Shown here one piece after another: positions 13,025 through 22,602 of a stretch of 64,000 bases of DNA (the first letter of the stretch is position 1; every line of letters starts with the position of its first letter). Below the pieces are notes generated by a model. The model was not told where the DNA came from, did no database searches, and worked only from the letters and a program-made list of their open reading frames with translations. Source of the DNA: Escherichia coli (GTDB lineage: Bacteria; Pseudomonadota; Gammaproteobacteria; Enterobacterales; Enterobacteriaceae). Made by a program: the position numbers and the translations under genes. The DNA lies in the NCBI RefSeq assembly GCF_003018255.1, contig NZ_CP027440.1; one strand, written 5' to 3'.

Positions 13025-13906
13025 TTAACGCGGTACATTCGCGGGATCGCAATAGTCCAGAAAGCGCCGTAGCGCGTTGGAAAGGTGTTTTTGCCGATGA
13101 TGTATACGCCACAACGTACGCATCAGGCGCGGCAGAGGGACCGCAACTTCACTTAATGTGCCTGCCTGCAATTGATCTTCAATCACCCGTCGCGACAGGC
13201 AACTAATTCCCAACCCATGACGCACCGCATGTTTGATTGCCTCGGAGTTACCTAATTCCATCGCCATCTCAAACTTCGGTAAATGTGACAGCAACAGATA
13301 ATCGACAATCTCCCGCGTGCCGGAGCCGCGTTCACGCAGGATCCACGGCGCAGCGGCCAGCTGTTCTAAGGTGACCGGACCACGAGCCAATGGCGAAGTC
13401 GGCGCGGCGAAAACCACCAGCTCGTCTTCCAGCCACGGTTCAGAAATGATTTCAGTGCTGTGGCACGGTCCTTCAATAAAGCCAATATCAACGCGGAAAT
13501 CCAGCACCGCTTGCATCACGTCCTGGCTGTTCCCAACGCTAAGTTCAATCGGCAACTGCGGATAATCATGGCGATAACGGGCAATGACTGCAGGCAGAAT
13601 GTAGTTACCGATAGTACTACTGGCATAGATACGAATCGCGCCGTTGTCTTCGCGAAACAGTTGTTCGATTTCAACCGCCTGTTCAAGCAGTGCCAACGCG
13701 CGCGGATAGAGCAGCCGCCCGTGTTCATTAACAACCAGTCTTTTCCCCACGCGATCAAACAGTTGCACGCCAAGCTGCCCTTCCAGGTCGGTCAAGGCTG
13801 CGCTCACTGCTGATTGCGACAACGCCAGCATCACCGACGCCTGGGTGGTTGATCCACTTTTCAATACTTCTGCAAAAACTTCCAACTGCCGGAGGGTGAT
13901 GTGCAT
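13025..13906 (-). CDS. yeiE: LysR-type transcriptional regulator
   Basis: N-terminal LysR HTH, 293 aa, divergent from yeiH. Confidence 0.9.
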
Positions 13907-14004
13907 AGTCGCTTACCACTTATAAAGATTAATTATAAATATATAATCAATTTTATTTTTAAACCAGTTAGTCGTAACCTTATGCCCGGTTAAAGGAGAG
14001 GGTT

Positions 14005-15054
14005 ATGACGAATATCACCTTACAGAAACAACATCGTACACTGTGGCATTTTATTCCGGGGTTAGCCCTGAGTGCAGTTATCACCGGGGTCGCCCTGTGG
14101 GGTGGTTCCATTCCCGCGGTTGCGGGTGCCGGGTTTAGTGCCCTCACCCTCGCAATCTTGTTGGGGATGGTTTTAGGCAACACCATTTACCCGCACATCT
14201 GGAAAAGCTGTGACGGTGGTGTGCTGTTTGCCAAGCAATATTTATTACGTCTGGGTATCATTCTTTATGGCTTCCGTCTGACGTTCTCGCAAATTGCCGA
14301 TGTCGGTATCAGTGGGATCATCATTGACGTGTTGACGCTGTCCAGTACCTTCCTGCTGGCTTGCTTCCTGGGGCAGAAAGTGTTTGGTCTGGATAAGCAC
14401 ACCAGCTGGTTGATCGGTGCCGGTAGCAGTATCTGTGGTGCTGCCGCGGTACTGGCGACTGAGCCGGTAGTAAAAGCAGAAGCCAGTAAAGTAACCGTGG
14501 CTGTTGCAACCGTTGTTATCTTCGGGACCGTGGCGATTTTCCTCTACCCGGCGATATATCCGCTGATGTCTCAATGGTTTAGTCCGGAAACTTTCGGTAT
14601 CTACATTGGTTCTACTGTGCACGAAGTGGCGCAGGTGGTGGCGGCAGGTCATGCCATCAGCCCGGATGCAGAAAACGCAGCAGTTATTTCCAAAATGCTG
14701 CGCGTGATGATGCTGGCTCCGTTCCTCATCCTGCTGGCGGCGCGTGTTAAACAGCTGTCTGGGGCGAACAGCGGCGAGAAAAGCAAAATCACTATTCCGT
14801 GGTTTGCCATCTTGTTCATCGTCGTTGCCATCTTTAACTCGTTCCACCTGTTACCGCAGAGCGTGGTGAACATGCTGGTAACGCTGGATACCTTCCTGCT
14901 GGCAATGGCGATGGCGGCGCTGGGTCTGACCACTCACGTCAGCGCGCTGAAAAAAGCCGGGGCGAAACCTCTGCTGATGGCACTGGTACTGTTTGCCTGG
15001 CTGATTGTTGGTGGTGGTGCGATTAACTATGTGATTCAAAGCGTCATCGCATAA
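14005..15054 (+). CDS. yeiH: UPF0324 inner-membrane protein
   Basis: 349-aa polytopic membrane protein divergent from its LysR regulator gene yeiE. Confidence 0.88.
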   Translation: MTNITLQKQHRTLWHFIPGLALSAVITGVALWGGSIPAVAGAGFSALTLAILLGMVLGNTIYPHIWKSCDGGVLFAKQYLLRLGIILYGFRLTFSQIADVGISGIIIDVLTLSSTFLLACFLGQKVFGLDKHTSWLIGAGSSICGAAAVLATEPVVKAEASKVTVAVATVVIFGTVAIFLYPAIYPLMSQWFSPETFGIYIGSTVHEVAQVVAAGHAISPDAENAAVISKMLRVMMLAPFLILLAARVKQLSGANSGEKSKITIPWFAILFIVVAIFNSFHLLPQSVVNMLVTLDTFLLAMAMAALGLTTHVSALKKAGAKPLLMALVLFAWLIVGGGAINYVIQSVIA

Positions 15055-15068
15055 ACCACTACATCTTG

Positions 15069-15120
15069 CTCCTGTTAACCCGCTATCATTACCGTTTTCC
15101 TCCAGCGGGTTTAACAGGAG
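15069..15120 (+). promoter_or_regulatory. Long inverted repeat (16/17-bp arms) whose 3' arm contains the nfo Shine-Dalgarno AGGAG
   Basis: CTCCTGTTAACCCGCT ... AGCGGGTTTAACAGGAG. Distal arm ends 8 nt before the nfo ATG. Confidence 0.45.
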
Positions 15121-15127
15121 TCCTCGC

Positions 15128-15985
15128 ATGAAATACATTGGAGCGCACGTTAGTGCTGCTGGCGGTCTGGCAAATGCCGCAATTCGCGCCGCCGAAATCG
15201 ACGCAACCGCGTTTGCCTTGTTCACCAAAAACCAACGTCAGTGGCGTGCCGCACCGCTCACGACGCAAACCATCGATGAATTCAAAGCCGCCTGTGAAAA
15301 ATATCACTACACATCGGCGCAAATTCTTCCCCACGACAGTTATCTGATTAACCTCGGACATCCGGTTGCTGAAGCTCTGGAAAAATCGCGCGATGCCTTT
15401 ATAGATGAAATGCAGCGTTGCGAACAGCTGGGGCTTTCTTTGCTCAACTTCCACCCTGGCAGCCATCTGATGCAGATTTCAGAAGAGGATTGCCTTGCGC
15501 GTATTGCCGAATCCATCAACATTGCGCTGGATAAAACTCAAGGTGTCACCGCGGTGATTGAAAACACCGCCGGTCAGGGCAGTAACTTAGGGTTTAAATT
15601 CGAACATCTCGCAGCGATTATCGACGGCGTGGAAGATAAATCCCGCGTCGGCGTCTGCATTGATACCTGCCATGCTTTCGCTGCCGGGTATGATTTGCGT
15701 ACTCCTGCCGAATGCGAGAAAACGTTCGCTGATTTTGCCCGTATTGTAGGCTTTAAGTATCTGCGCGGGATGCACCTCAACGATGCGAAAAGCACCTTTG
15801 GCAGCCGCGTTGACCGTCATCATAGCCTCGGCGAAGGCAATATCGGTCATGATGCGTTCCGCTGGATCATGCAAGACGACCGTTTCGACGGCATTCCGCT
15901 GATCCTTGAAACCATCAACCCGGATATCTGGGCAGAAGAGATCGCCTGGCTGAAAGCGCAACAAACTGAAAAAGCGGTGGCCTGA
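15128..15985 (+). CDS. nfo: Endonuclease IV (AP endonuclease)
   Basis: 285 aa, matches E. coli Nfo. Confidence 0.95.
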   Translation: MKYIGAHVSAAGGLANAAIRAAEIDATAFALFTKNQRQWRAAPLTTQTIDEFKAACEKYHYTSAQILPHDSYLINLGHPVAEALEKSRDAFIDEMQRCEQLGLSLLNFHPGSHLMQISEEDCLARIAESINIALDKTQGVTAVIENTAGQGSNLGFKFEHLAAIIDGVEDKSRVGVCIDTCHAFAAGYDLRTPAECEKTFADFARIVGFKYLRGMHLNDAKSTFGSRVDRHHSLGEGNIGHDAFRWIMQDDRFDGIPLILETINPDIWAEEIAWLKAQQTEKAVA

Positions 15986-15988
15986 TCG

Positions 15989-17077
15989 ATGAACGACAGG
16001 GAAAAGCAGATTCTTAAAATTTTACGGCGTAACCCGCTGATTCAACAGAACGAAATTGCGGATATGCTGCAAATCAGCCGTTCGCGCGTTGCGGCGCATA
16101 TTATGGATTTAATGCGCAAAGGCCGGATTAAAGGCAAAGGTTACATTCTCACCGAGCAGGAATACTGCGTAGTGGTGGGGACAATCAATATGGATATTCG
16201 CGGGATGGCGGATATCCGTTACCCGCAAGCGGCTTCTCATCCCGGTACCATTCATTGCTCGGCAGGCGGCGTTGGACGCAATATCGCCCACAATCTGGCG
16301 CTGTTAGGCCGCGACGTCCATTTGCTTTCAGTGATTGGCGATGACTTTTATGGCGAAATGCTCCTGGAAGAAACGCGCCGCGCCGGCGTGAATGTCTCCG
16401 GCTGCGTTCGTTTACATGGCCAAAGCACATCGACGTATCTGGCAATTGCCAATCGAGACGATCAAACCGTGCTGGCGATTAACGATACCCATCTGCTGGA
16501 TCAGTTGACACCGCAACTACTGAACGGGTCGCGCGATTTACTTCGTCATGCGGGCGTGGTACTTGCTGATTGTAACCTGACAGCCGAGGCGCTGGAATGG
16601 GTCTTTACCCTCGCTGATGAAATCCCGGTGTTTGTCGATACCGTTTCAGAATTCAAAGCGGGCAAAATCAAACACTGGCTGGCGCATATTCACACCCTGA
16701 AACCCACTTTACCGGAGCTGGAAATTTTATGGGGACAGGCGATCACCAGCGATGCTGACCGTAATGCCGCAGTGAATGCGTTGCATCAGCAAGGCGTTCA
16801 GCAACTGTTTGTTTATTTGCCCGATGAGTCAGTTTATTGCAGCGAAAAGGATGGAGAGCAATTTTTGCTGACAGCGCCAGCGCATACGACAGTAGACAGT
16901 TTTGGTGCTGACGATGGTTTTATGGCGGGCCTGGTATATAGCTTTCTGGAGGGAAACAATTTCCGTGACAGCGCCCGTTTTGCGATGGCCTGCGCGGCAA
17001 TTTCACGCGCCAGCGGCAGCTTAAACAACCCTACCCTGTCTGCCGATAACGCGCTTTCATTAGTGCCGATGGTGTAA
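15989..17077 (+). CDS. yeiI: Putative PfkB-family carbohydrate/nucleoside kinase with N-terminal HTH domain
   Basis: 362 aa. N-terminal winged-helix-like segment followed by a PfkB kinase core (GGVGRNIAHNLALLG) paralogous to PsuK. Starts 3 nt after the nfo stop. Confidence 0.85.
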   Translation: MNDREKQILKILRRNPLIQQNEIADMLQISRSRVAAHIMDLMRKGRIKGKGYILTEQEYCVVVGTINMDIRGMADIRYPQAASHPGTIHCSAGGVGRNIAHNLALLGRDVHLLSVIGDDFYGEMLLEETRRAGVNVSGCVRLHGQSTSTYLAIANRDDQTVLAINDTHLLDQLTPQLLNGSRDLLRHAGVVLADCNLTAEALEWVFTLADEIPVFVDTVSEFKAGKIKHWLAHIHTLKPTLPELEILWGQAITSDADRNAAVNALHQQGVQQLFVYLPDESVYCSEKDGEQFLLTAPAHTTVDSFGADDGFMAGLVYSFLEGNNFRDSARFAMACAAISRASGSLNNPTLSADNALSLVPMV

Positions 17078-17084
17078 CAATGTT

Positions 17085-17118
17085 GCCGGATTCGACGCTT
17101 GACTACATCTTATCCGGC
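17085..17118. repeat. REP-like palindrome (GCCGGA ... ATCCGGC) immediately 3' of nupX
   Basis: Inverted GCCGGAT cores between convergent yeiI and nupX. Confidence 0.5.
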
Positions 17119-17132
17119 TCATAACTCGCGCA

Positions 17133-18383
17133 CTACGCTAAGCCAATAAAGAATCCTGCAATGGTTGCACTCATCAGGTTAGAAAGTGTCGCCGCCGCCA
17201 GCGCGCGTAAACCAAGCTGGGCGATTTCCGGTGCACGGTGTGGCGCAACCGCAGAAAACGCCCCCACCACCACCCCGATAGAACCAAAGTTAGCGAAACC
17301 GCACAACGCGAAGGAAATAATCGCCACGGTTTTAGCATCCAGAGTGCCAGCCGTTTGCAGATAGGGTGAGAAATTGAGGTAAGCGACAAATTCATTTATT
17401 GCCAGTTTCTGTCCAATCAAACTCCCGGCAAGATTCGCATCACTCCAGTCAACACCCATTACCCACGCCAGTGGGGCCAGCAGGTAACCTAAAATGGACT
17501 CCAGCGAGGCATGTTCAAAGCCAAACCAGCCGCCAACGCCGCCGATAATACCGTTAATTAACGCAATGATGGCGACAAATGCCATCACTACTGTCGCCAC
17601 ACCTGCGGCGATTTTCAGCCCGGTCATTGCCCCTGTCGCAGCGGCTTCAATAATGCTTTTTGGCGGTGTTTCGGTGAAAGAGAGGTTATTAAAGGAAACC
17701 TGCGAAGATTCTGTTGCCGGGCTTAACAGGCGGGCAAACAAGATCCCGCCGGGGATCGCCATTAACGATGCCGCCAGCAGATATTCCACAGGCACGCCCA
17801 GTGCGGCGTAACCAATCATTGTCGAACCAGCAATCGAGGCCATCCCGCTACAAATCGCTGTAAATAATTCATTGCGATTCAGACGATTGATAAAGGGTTT
17901 GACGATTGCCGGAATTTCGTTTTGCCCGAGGAAAATGGTAGTGACCGCGACGAATGACTCGATCTTGCTGATATTCAATGCTTTCTGGAAGATACCGCCG
18001 AGAATGCGAATTAAGATCCCCATCACACCGATGTAGTAGAGAATACTCACCAGTGCTGTAACGAAGATAATTGCCGGTAATACCCTGAAACCAAAGATAA
18101 ATCCTGCGCCATCAAATAAGGTATCCATTTTTGGTCCGACCAGAGAACCAAAGATAAATGCGCTACCTGCATCGCTGTACGCCATCACTTTATGCACGCC
18201 AAAAGCGACTTTTTCTGCGACCCAACGCCCTGGTGGTAACCAAAGCATAATGCCGCCAATCACGACCTGTAACACTAACGCCGCGCCAACGGTACGCAGG
18301 CTGATCTTCTTCTTGTTTACTGACAGCAAAAACGCAATTGCCAGCAATACCACCATTCCCAGAACACTTCTCATGACATCCAT
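17133..18383 (-). CDS. nupX: NupC-family nucleoside permease
   Basis: 416 aa, paralog of PsuT in this window. Confidence 0.9.
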   Translation of the reverse strand: MDVMRSVLGMVVLLAIAFLLSVNKKKISLRTVGAALVLQVVIGGIMLWLPPGRWVAEKVAFGVHKVMAYSDAGSAFIFGSLVGPKMDTLFDGAGFIFGFRVLPAIIFVTALVSILYYIGVMGILIRILGGIFQKALNISKIESFVAVTTIFLGQNEIPAIVKPFINRLNRNELFTAICSGMASIAGSTMIGYAALGVPVEYLLAASLMAIPGGILFARLLSPATESSQVSFNNLSFTETPPKSIIEAAATGAMTGLKIAAGVATVVMAFVAIIALINGIIGGVGGWFGFEHASLESILGYLLAPLAWVMGVDWSDANLAGSLIGQKLAINEFVAYLNFSPYLQTAGTLDAKTVAIISFALCGFANFGSIGVVVGAFSAVAPHRAPEIAQLGLRALAAATLSNLMSATIAGFFIGLA

Positions 18384-18408
18384 AGTTATTATCTCTTCAT
18401 GTCATTTT

Positions 18409-18436
18409 GGGCGACGGCTTTCTGCCCATCAGAAAT
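18409..18436 (-). other. Conserved 28-nt leader motif, copy 1 (GGGCGACGGCTTTCTGCCCATCAGAAAT; contains TTTCTG-N5-CAGAAA)
   Basis: Near-identical sequence recurs upstream of psuT at 21637-21664. Confidence 0.4.
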
Positions 18437-18482
18437 AGCCGGGCCTGCATCTTGCGATACTGTCCCGGCTTGTTATCAACAC

Positions 18483-19424
18483 TTAATGGGTTTTGATGTA
18501 GCCGCGCACGCACTCTTCGACTAATCCCCAGAACCAGTCGGTATCAATAGTGATGCCGACTTTGGTATTGGCGGGCTTGCCAAGAACGCCCAGCTCGTCG
18601 CAGACCGTACGCCCGTAGCAAGGGCCGCTGTTAACGTCCACTTCGACGTACATCTCCTGGGTTTTAATGCCATCAGGGTTAATCAGATAACCGATGCAGG
18701 TGGCGTCATGCACCGGGCCGCCAGCCAGGCCGTAGTTTTCGAACTGCGTTTTTAGAGTGAAATTCATGATGTCGCTGAACAGCTCTCCGGCGGGGCCGCC
18801 TACCCTTTCCATCCGAGCAATCACGTCCGGGGTGCAAACAGTCTGGTTGGTGAGATCGAGGCCCATCATCACCAACGGAACGCCGGAGGTGAACACCACG
18901 CGTGCGGCTTCCGGGTCAGCAAAGATGTTGAACTCGGCAGATGGGGTGAAGTTGCCAGTACCGTAAGCGCCGCCCATCAGCACAATTTCACGGATTTTCG
19001 GCAGGATCGCGGGTTGCATACGCATTGCCACCGCGATATTTGAAAGTGGGCCAACCGGCACCAGAGTGATATCGCCATCGCTTGCCATCAGGGTATCGAT
19101 GATATATTTCACCGCATGAGTGCTTTCTGCCTGGCGGGTCAGCGGCTCGAATACCGGGCCATCCAGTCCGGTTTCACCGTGAATATTATCGGCAACGATT
19201 TGTTGACGCATAATGGGCTGTGGCATCCCCGCATAAACCGGAACATTAATCTCCAGTTTCTGGCAAACATTCAGGCCATTAATTAATGTTTTATCAAGCG
19301 TCTGATTACCCGCCACAATGGTGATACCTAATAAATCTATTGCCGGATGTTTCGCTGCCATCATTATGGCAATAGCATCATCATGACCCGGATCACAATC
19401 CAGAATAATTTTTCTCTTTTCCAT
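18483..19424 (-). CDS. rihB: Pyrimidine-specific ribonucleoside hydrolase
   Basis: 313 aa, N-terminal DxDxxxDD nucleoside hydrolase motif ([13 protein letters not shown]). Confidence 0.93.
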   Translation of the reverse strand: MEKRKIILDCDPGHDDAIAIMMAAKHPAIDLLGITIVAGNQTLDKTLINGLNVCQKLEINVPVYAGMPQPIMRQQIVADNIHGETGLDGPVFEPLTRQAESTHAVKYIIDTLMASDGDITLVPVGPLSNIAVAMRMQPAILPKIREIVLMGGAYGTGNFTPSAEFNIFADPEAARVVFTSGVPLVMMGLDLTNQTVCTPDVIARMERVGGPAGELFSDIMNFTLKTQFENYGLAGGPVHDATCIGYLINPDGIKTQEMYVEVDVNSGPCYGRTVCDELGVLGKPANTKVGITIDTDWFWGLVEECVRGYIKTH

Positions 19425-19592
19425 TGTTTATTTCCTCTGTTTCCAGTTGCGTTATTTTTTCTACAGCAAAGAAAATTCGACCGGGCCGATGATTGAATCT
19501 TAACAACAGCGTAAGTATGCTAAATATGAGAAATCTCATAGCGGATAAACATCGTGAAAGAAATCCACAATAATGACCTTAAGCAGCAATTG

Positions 19593-20252
19593 ATGAGTGA
19601 ATCTGCGTTTAAGGATTGCTTTTCAACGGATGTTTCAGCCGATACGCGGCTGTTTCATTTTTTAGCGCGTGACTACATTGTGCAGGAAGGGCAACAGCCG
19701 TCATGGCTGTTTTATCTGACGCGAGGCCGTGCCAGGCTTTACGCCACGCTTGCTAATGGTCGCGTGTCGCTGATCGATTTCTTTGCCGCTCCCTGTTTTA
19801 TTGGCGAGATTGAGTTAATCGACAAAGACCATGAACCGCGTGCGGTGCAGGCTATTGAAGAGTGTTGGTGCCTTGCGCTCCCTATGAAACATTACCGCCC
19901 GCTGTTATTAAACGACACGCTATTTTTACGAAAACTCTGCGTCACCTTAAGTCATAAAAATTATCGTAATATTGTTTCTTTAACTCAGAATCAATCATTT
20001 CCGTTAGTGAATCGCCTGGCAGCTTTTATATTACTCTCGCAGGAAGGTGATCTTTATCACGAAAAGCATACGCAAGCGGCAGAGTATTTAGGTGTTTCTT
20101 ATCGACATCTTTTATATGTTCTCGCGCAATTCATTCACGACGGTTTATTAATTAAAAGCAAGAAAGGGTATCTCATTAAAAACAGAAAGCAGTTGTCAGG
20201 ACTGGCACTGGAGATGGACCCGGAAAATAAATTCTCAGGGATGATGCAGTAA
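19593..20252 (+). CDS. yeiL: CRP/FNR-family transcriptional regulator
   Basis: Start trimmed to the ATG giving 219 aa (MSESAF...). cNMP-binding-like fold plus C-terminal HTH. Confidence 0.85.
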   Translation: MSESAFKDCFSTDVSADTRLFHFLARDYIVQEGQQPSWLFYLTRGRARLYATLANGRVSLIDFFAAPCFIGEIELIDKDHEPRAVQAIEECWCLALPMKHYRPLLLNDTLFLRKLCVTLSHKNYRNIVSLTQNQSFPLVNRLAAFILLSQEGDLYHEKHTQAAEYLGVSYRHLLYVLAQFIHDGLLIKSKKGYLIKNRKQLSGLALEMDPENKFSGMMQ

Positions 20253-20275
20253 AAATTATTTGCAATAGAGCGATT

Positions 20276-20311
20276 GCCGGATGTGACGCTTAATAAGCGC
20301 GTACATCCGGC
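20276..20311. repeat. REP-like palindrome (GCCGGATGT ... ACATCCGGC) immediately 3' of psuT
   Basis: 9-bp inverted arms between convergent yeiL and psuT. Confidence 0.55.
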
Positions 20312-20319
20312 AATGACAC

Positions 20320-21570
20320 TCAAGCTAAACCAATAAAGAACCCGGCAATGGTCGCGCTCATCAGGTTGGAAAGCGTTGCTGCTGCCAGCGCCCGTAAACC
20401 AAGCTGGGCGATTTCCGGTGCGCGTTTTGGCGAAATAGCCGAAAATGCCCCAACGACAACACCGATAGAACCAAAGTTAGCAAAACCACAAAGCGCAAAG
20501 GAGATAATCGCAATGGTTTTCACTTCCAGCGTGCCGCCCGTTTGCAGGTATGGGGAGAAACTCAGGTAAGCGACGAATTCGTTAATCGCCAGTTTCTGCC
20601 CAATCAGGCTACCCGCAAGATTGGCATCACTCCAGTCCACACCCATGATCCACGCCAGCGGTGCCAGCACATAGCCAAAAATACTTTCCAGAGAGGCATT
20701 GGCGAAACCAAACCAGCCGCCAATTCCGCCGATAATGCCGTTGATCAGCGCAATAATTGCGACAAACGCCATTACAACCGTCGCCACACCAGCGGCGATT
20801 TTCAGCCCGGTCATCGCACCGCTCGCCGCCGCTTCGATAAAGCTTTTTGGCGGCGTTTCGCTGAACGACAGATTTTCAAATGTCACCTGCGAAGGCTCGG
20901 TGGCTGGGCTAAGAATACGTGCAAACAAAATACCACCAGGGATCGCCATCAGCGATGCCGCTAACAGGTAGTCAATTGGTACGCCCATTCCGGCATAACC
21001 AATCATCATCGAACCAGCAATGGACGCCATCCCGCTACAAATTGCGGTAAACAACTCGTTGCGATTCATGCGATCGATAAACGGTTTAACGATCGCCGGG
21101 ATCTCATTTTGCCCGAGGAAAATAGTGGTAACCGCAACAAAAGATTCGATTTTGCTGATGTTGAGGGCTTTCTGGAAAATGCTGCCAAGGATGCGAATCA
21201 GCAGCCCCATCACGCCAATGTAGTACAGCAGACTGATGAGCGCAGTGACGAAGATAATCGCCGGAAGTACGCGAAAGGCGAAGATAAAACCCGCACCGTC
21301 AAAGAGGACATCCATTTTCGGCCCGACCAGCGAACCAAAAATGAAGGCGCTACCGGCATCACTGTAAGACATCACTTTATGAACGCCTAATGCCGCCTGT
21401 TCTACCGCCCATTTTCCTGGTGGAAAATAGAGCATGATTCCGCCAATGGCGATTTGTAGCAGCAACGCGGCTCCAACCGTGCGCAAACTGATGCTCTTTT
21501 TATTCACTGACAACAGAAATGCTATTGCCAGTAACACCACCATCCCCACAACACTTCTCATTATATCCAT
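20320..21570 (-). CDS. psuT: NupC-family transporter, putative pseudouridine permease
   Basis: 416 aa, full-length paralog of NupX, last gene of psuK-psuG-psuT. Confidence 0.9.
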   Translation of the reverse strand: MDIMRSVVGMVVLLAIAFLLSVNKKSISLRTVGAALLLQIAIGGIMLYFPPGKWAVEQAALGVHKVMSYSDAGSAFIFGSLVGPKMDVLFDGAGFIFAFRVLPAIIFVTALISLLYYIGVMGLLIRILGSIFQKALNISKIESFVAVTTIFLGQNEIPAIVKPFIDRMNRNELFTAICSGMASIAGSMMIGYAGMGVPIDYLLAASLMAIPGGILFARILSPATEPSQVTFENLSFSETPPKSFIEAAASGAMTGLKIAAGVATVVMAFVAIIALINGIIGGIGGWFGFANASLESIFGYVLAPLAWIMGVDWSDANLAGSLIGQKLAINEFVAYLSFSPYLQTGGTLEVKTIAIISFALCGFANFGSIGVVVGAFSAISPKRAPEIAQLGLRALAAATLSNLMSATIAGFFIGLA

Positions 21571-21636
21571 ATTGATTTTCCCTTCATGCCAGTAAACCCG
21601 GCGTCAGCGCCAGGTTTTGGTATGCTTGATGAGTAC

Positions 21637-21664
21637 GGGCGACGGCTTTCTGCCCGTCAGAAAT
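21637..21664 (-). other. Conserved 28-nt leader motif, copy 2 (GGGCGACGGCTTTCTGCCCGTCAGAAAT)
   Basis: Abuts the psuG stop codon and lies upstream of psuT. One mismatch to copy 1. Confidence 0.4.
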
Positions 21665-22602
21665 TAACCCGCGAGACGCTGGTATTCTTTGGCTATTTCA
21701 CTCGCCAGGATGGCGTTGTTGAACACCAGCTGGATGTTGGATTTCAGGCTGTCACCGCCGGTCAACTCAGCAACGCGCGCCAGCAGGAATGGCGTACTTT
21801 CTTTACCAATAACACCCTGCGCTTCAGCTTCAGCTACCGCCTGATCGATCGCCGCATTGATAGTGTGTTCCGGCATAGCAAACTGTTCCGGAATCGGGTT
21901 CGCTACCACGAGGCCACCGTTCAGCCCGCTTTGCCATTTCACCGCCATTGCACGGGCAATTTCGCTGGCGCTGTCGAGACGAATGCTCACGTCAAACGGG
22001 CTGGTGCGGCAGAAAAACGCAGGCAGCGCTTTGGTCTGATAGCCAATTAGCGGTACACCGAAAGTTTCTAAATATTCGGTAGTTAAGCCTAAATCGAGAA
22101 TAGATTTCGCCCCGGCACAAACGACGGTGACATTGGTGTGCGCCAGTTCTTGCAAATCGGCAGAAATATCGAAGGTATGTTCCGCCCCGCGATGCACACC
22201 ACCAATTCCCCCGGTGGCAAATACTTTAATTCCGGCAAGCGCCGCAATAATCATCGTTGAAGCAACGGTGGTTGCACCATTTTTTCCGGCGGCAACAACA
22301 AAAGGTAAATCGCGACGACTAACTTTGGTCACGTTATGCCCTTCACGACCCAGCAATTCAATTTCTTCTTTGCTTAAACCCACTTTCATCACGCCGCCAA
22401 TAATGGCGATAGTGGCAGGTACAGCGCCCTGTTTACGAATAGTTTCTTCAACTTCAATTGCGGTCTGGGCATTTTGTGGGAACGGCATCCCGTGAGAAAT
22501 AATGGTCGATTCCAGCGCCACAACCGGTTTTTTGTTTTTTAAAGCGTCCTGCACTTCCGGGGAAATTTGTAATAATTCAGGGGAAATTTTTAATTCAGAC
22601 AT
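21664..22602 (-). CDS. psuG: Pseudouridine-5'-phosphate glycosidase
   Basis: 312 aa, matches YeiN/PsuG. Confidence 0.92.
   Translation of the reverse strand: MSELKISPELLQISPEVQDALKNKKPVVALESTIISHGMPFPQNAQTAIEVEETIRKQGAVPATIAIIGGVMKVGLSKEEIELLGREGHNVTKVSRRDLPFVVAAGKNGATTVASTMIIAALAGIKVFATGGIGGVHRGAEHTFDISADLQELAHTNVTVVCAGAKSILDLGLTTEYLETFGVPLIGYQTKALPAFFCRTSPFDVSIRLDSASEIARAMAVKWQSGLNGGLVVANPIPEQFAMPEHTINAAIDQAVAEAEAQGVIGKESTPFLLARVAELTGGDSLKSNIQLVFNNAILASEIAKEYQRLAG

Noticed and set aside
14245-14847. 200-aa ORF antisense to yeiH
   Set aside because: Shadow ORF. The sense strand encodes a coherent polytopic membrane protein.
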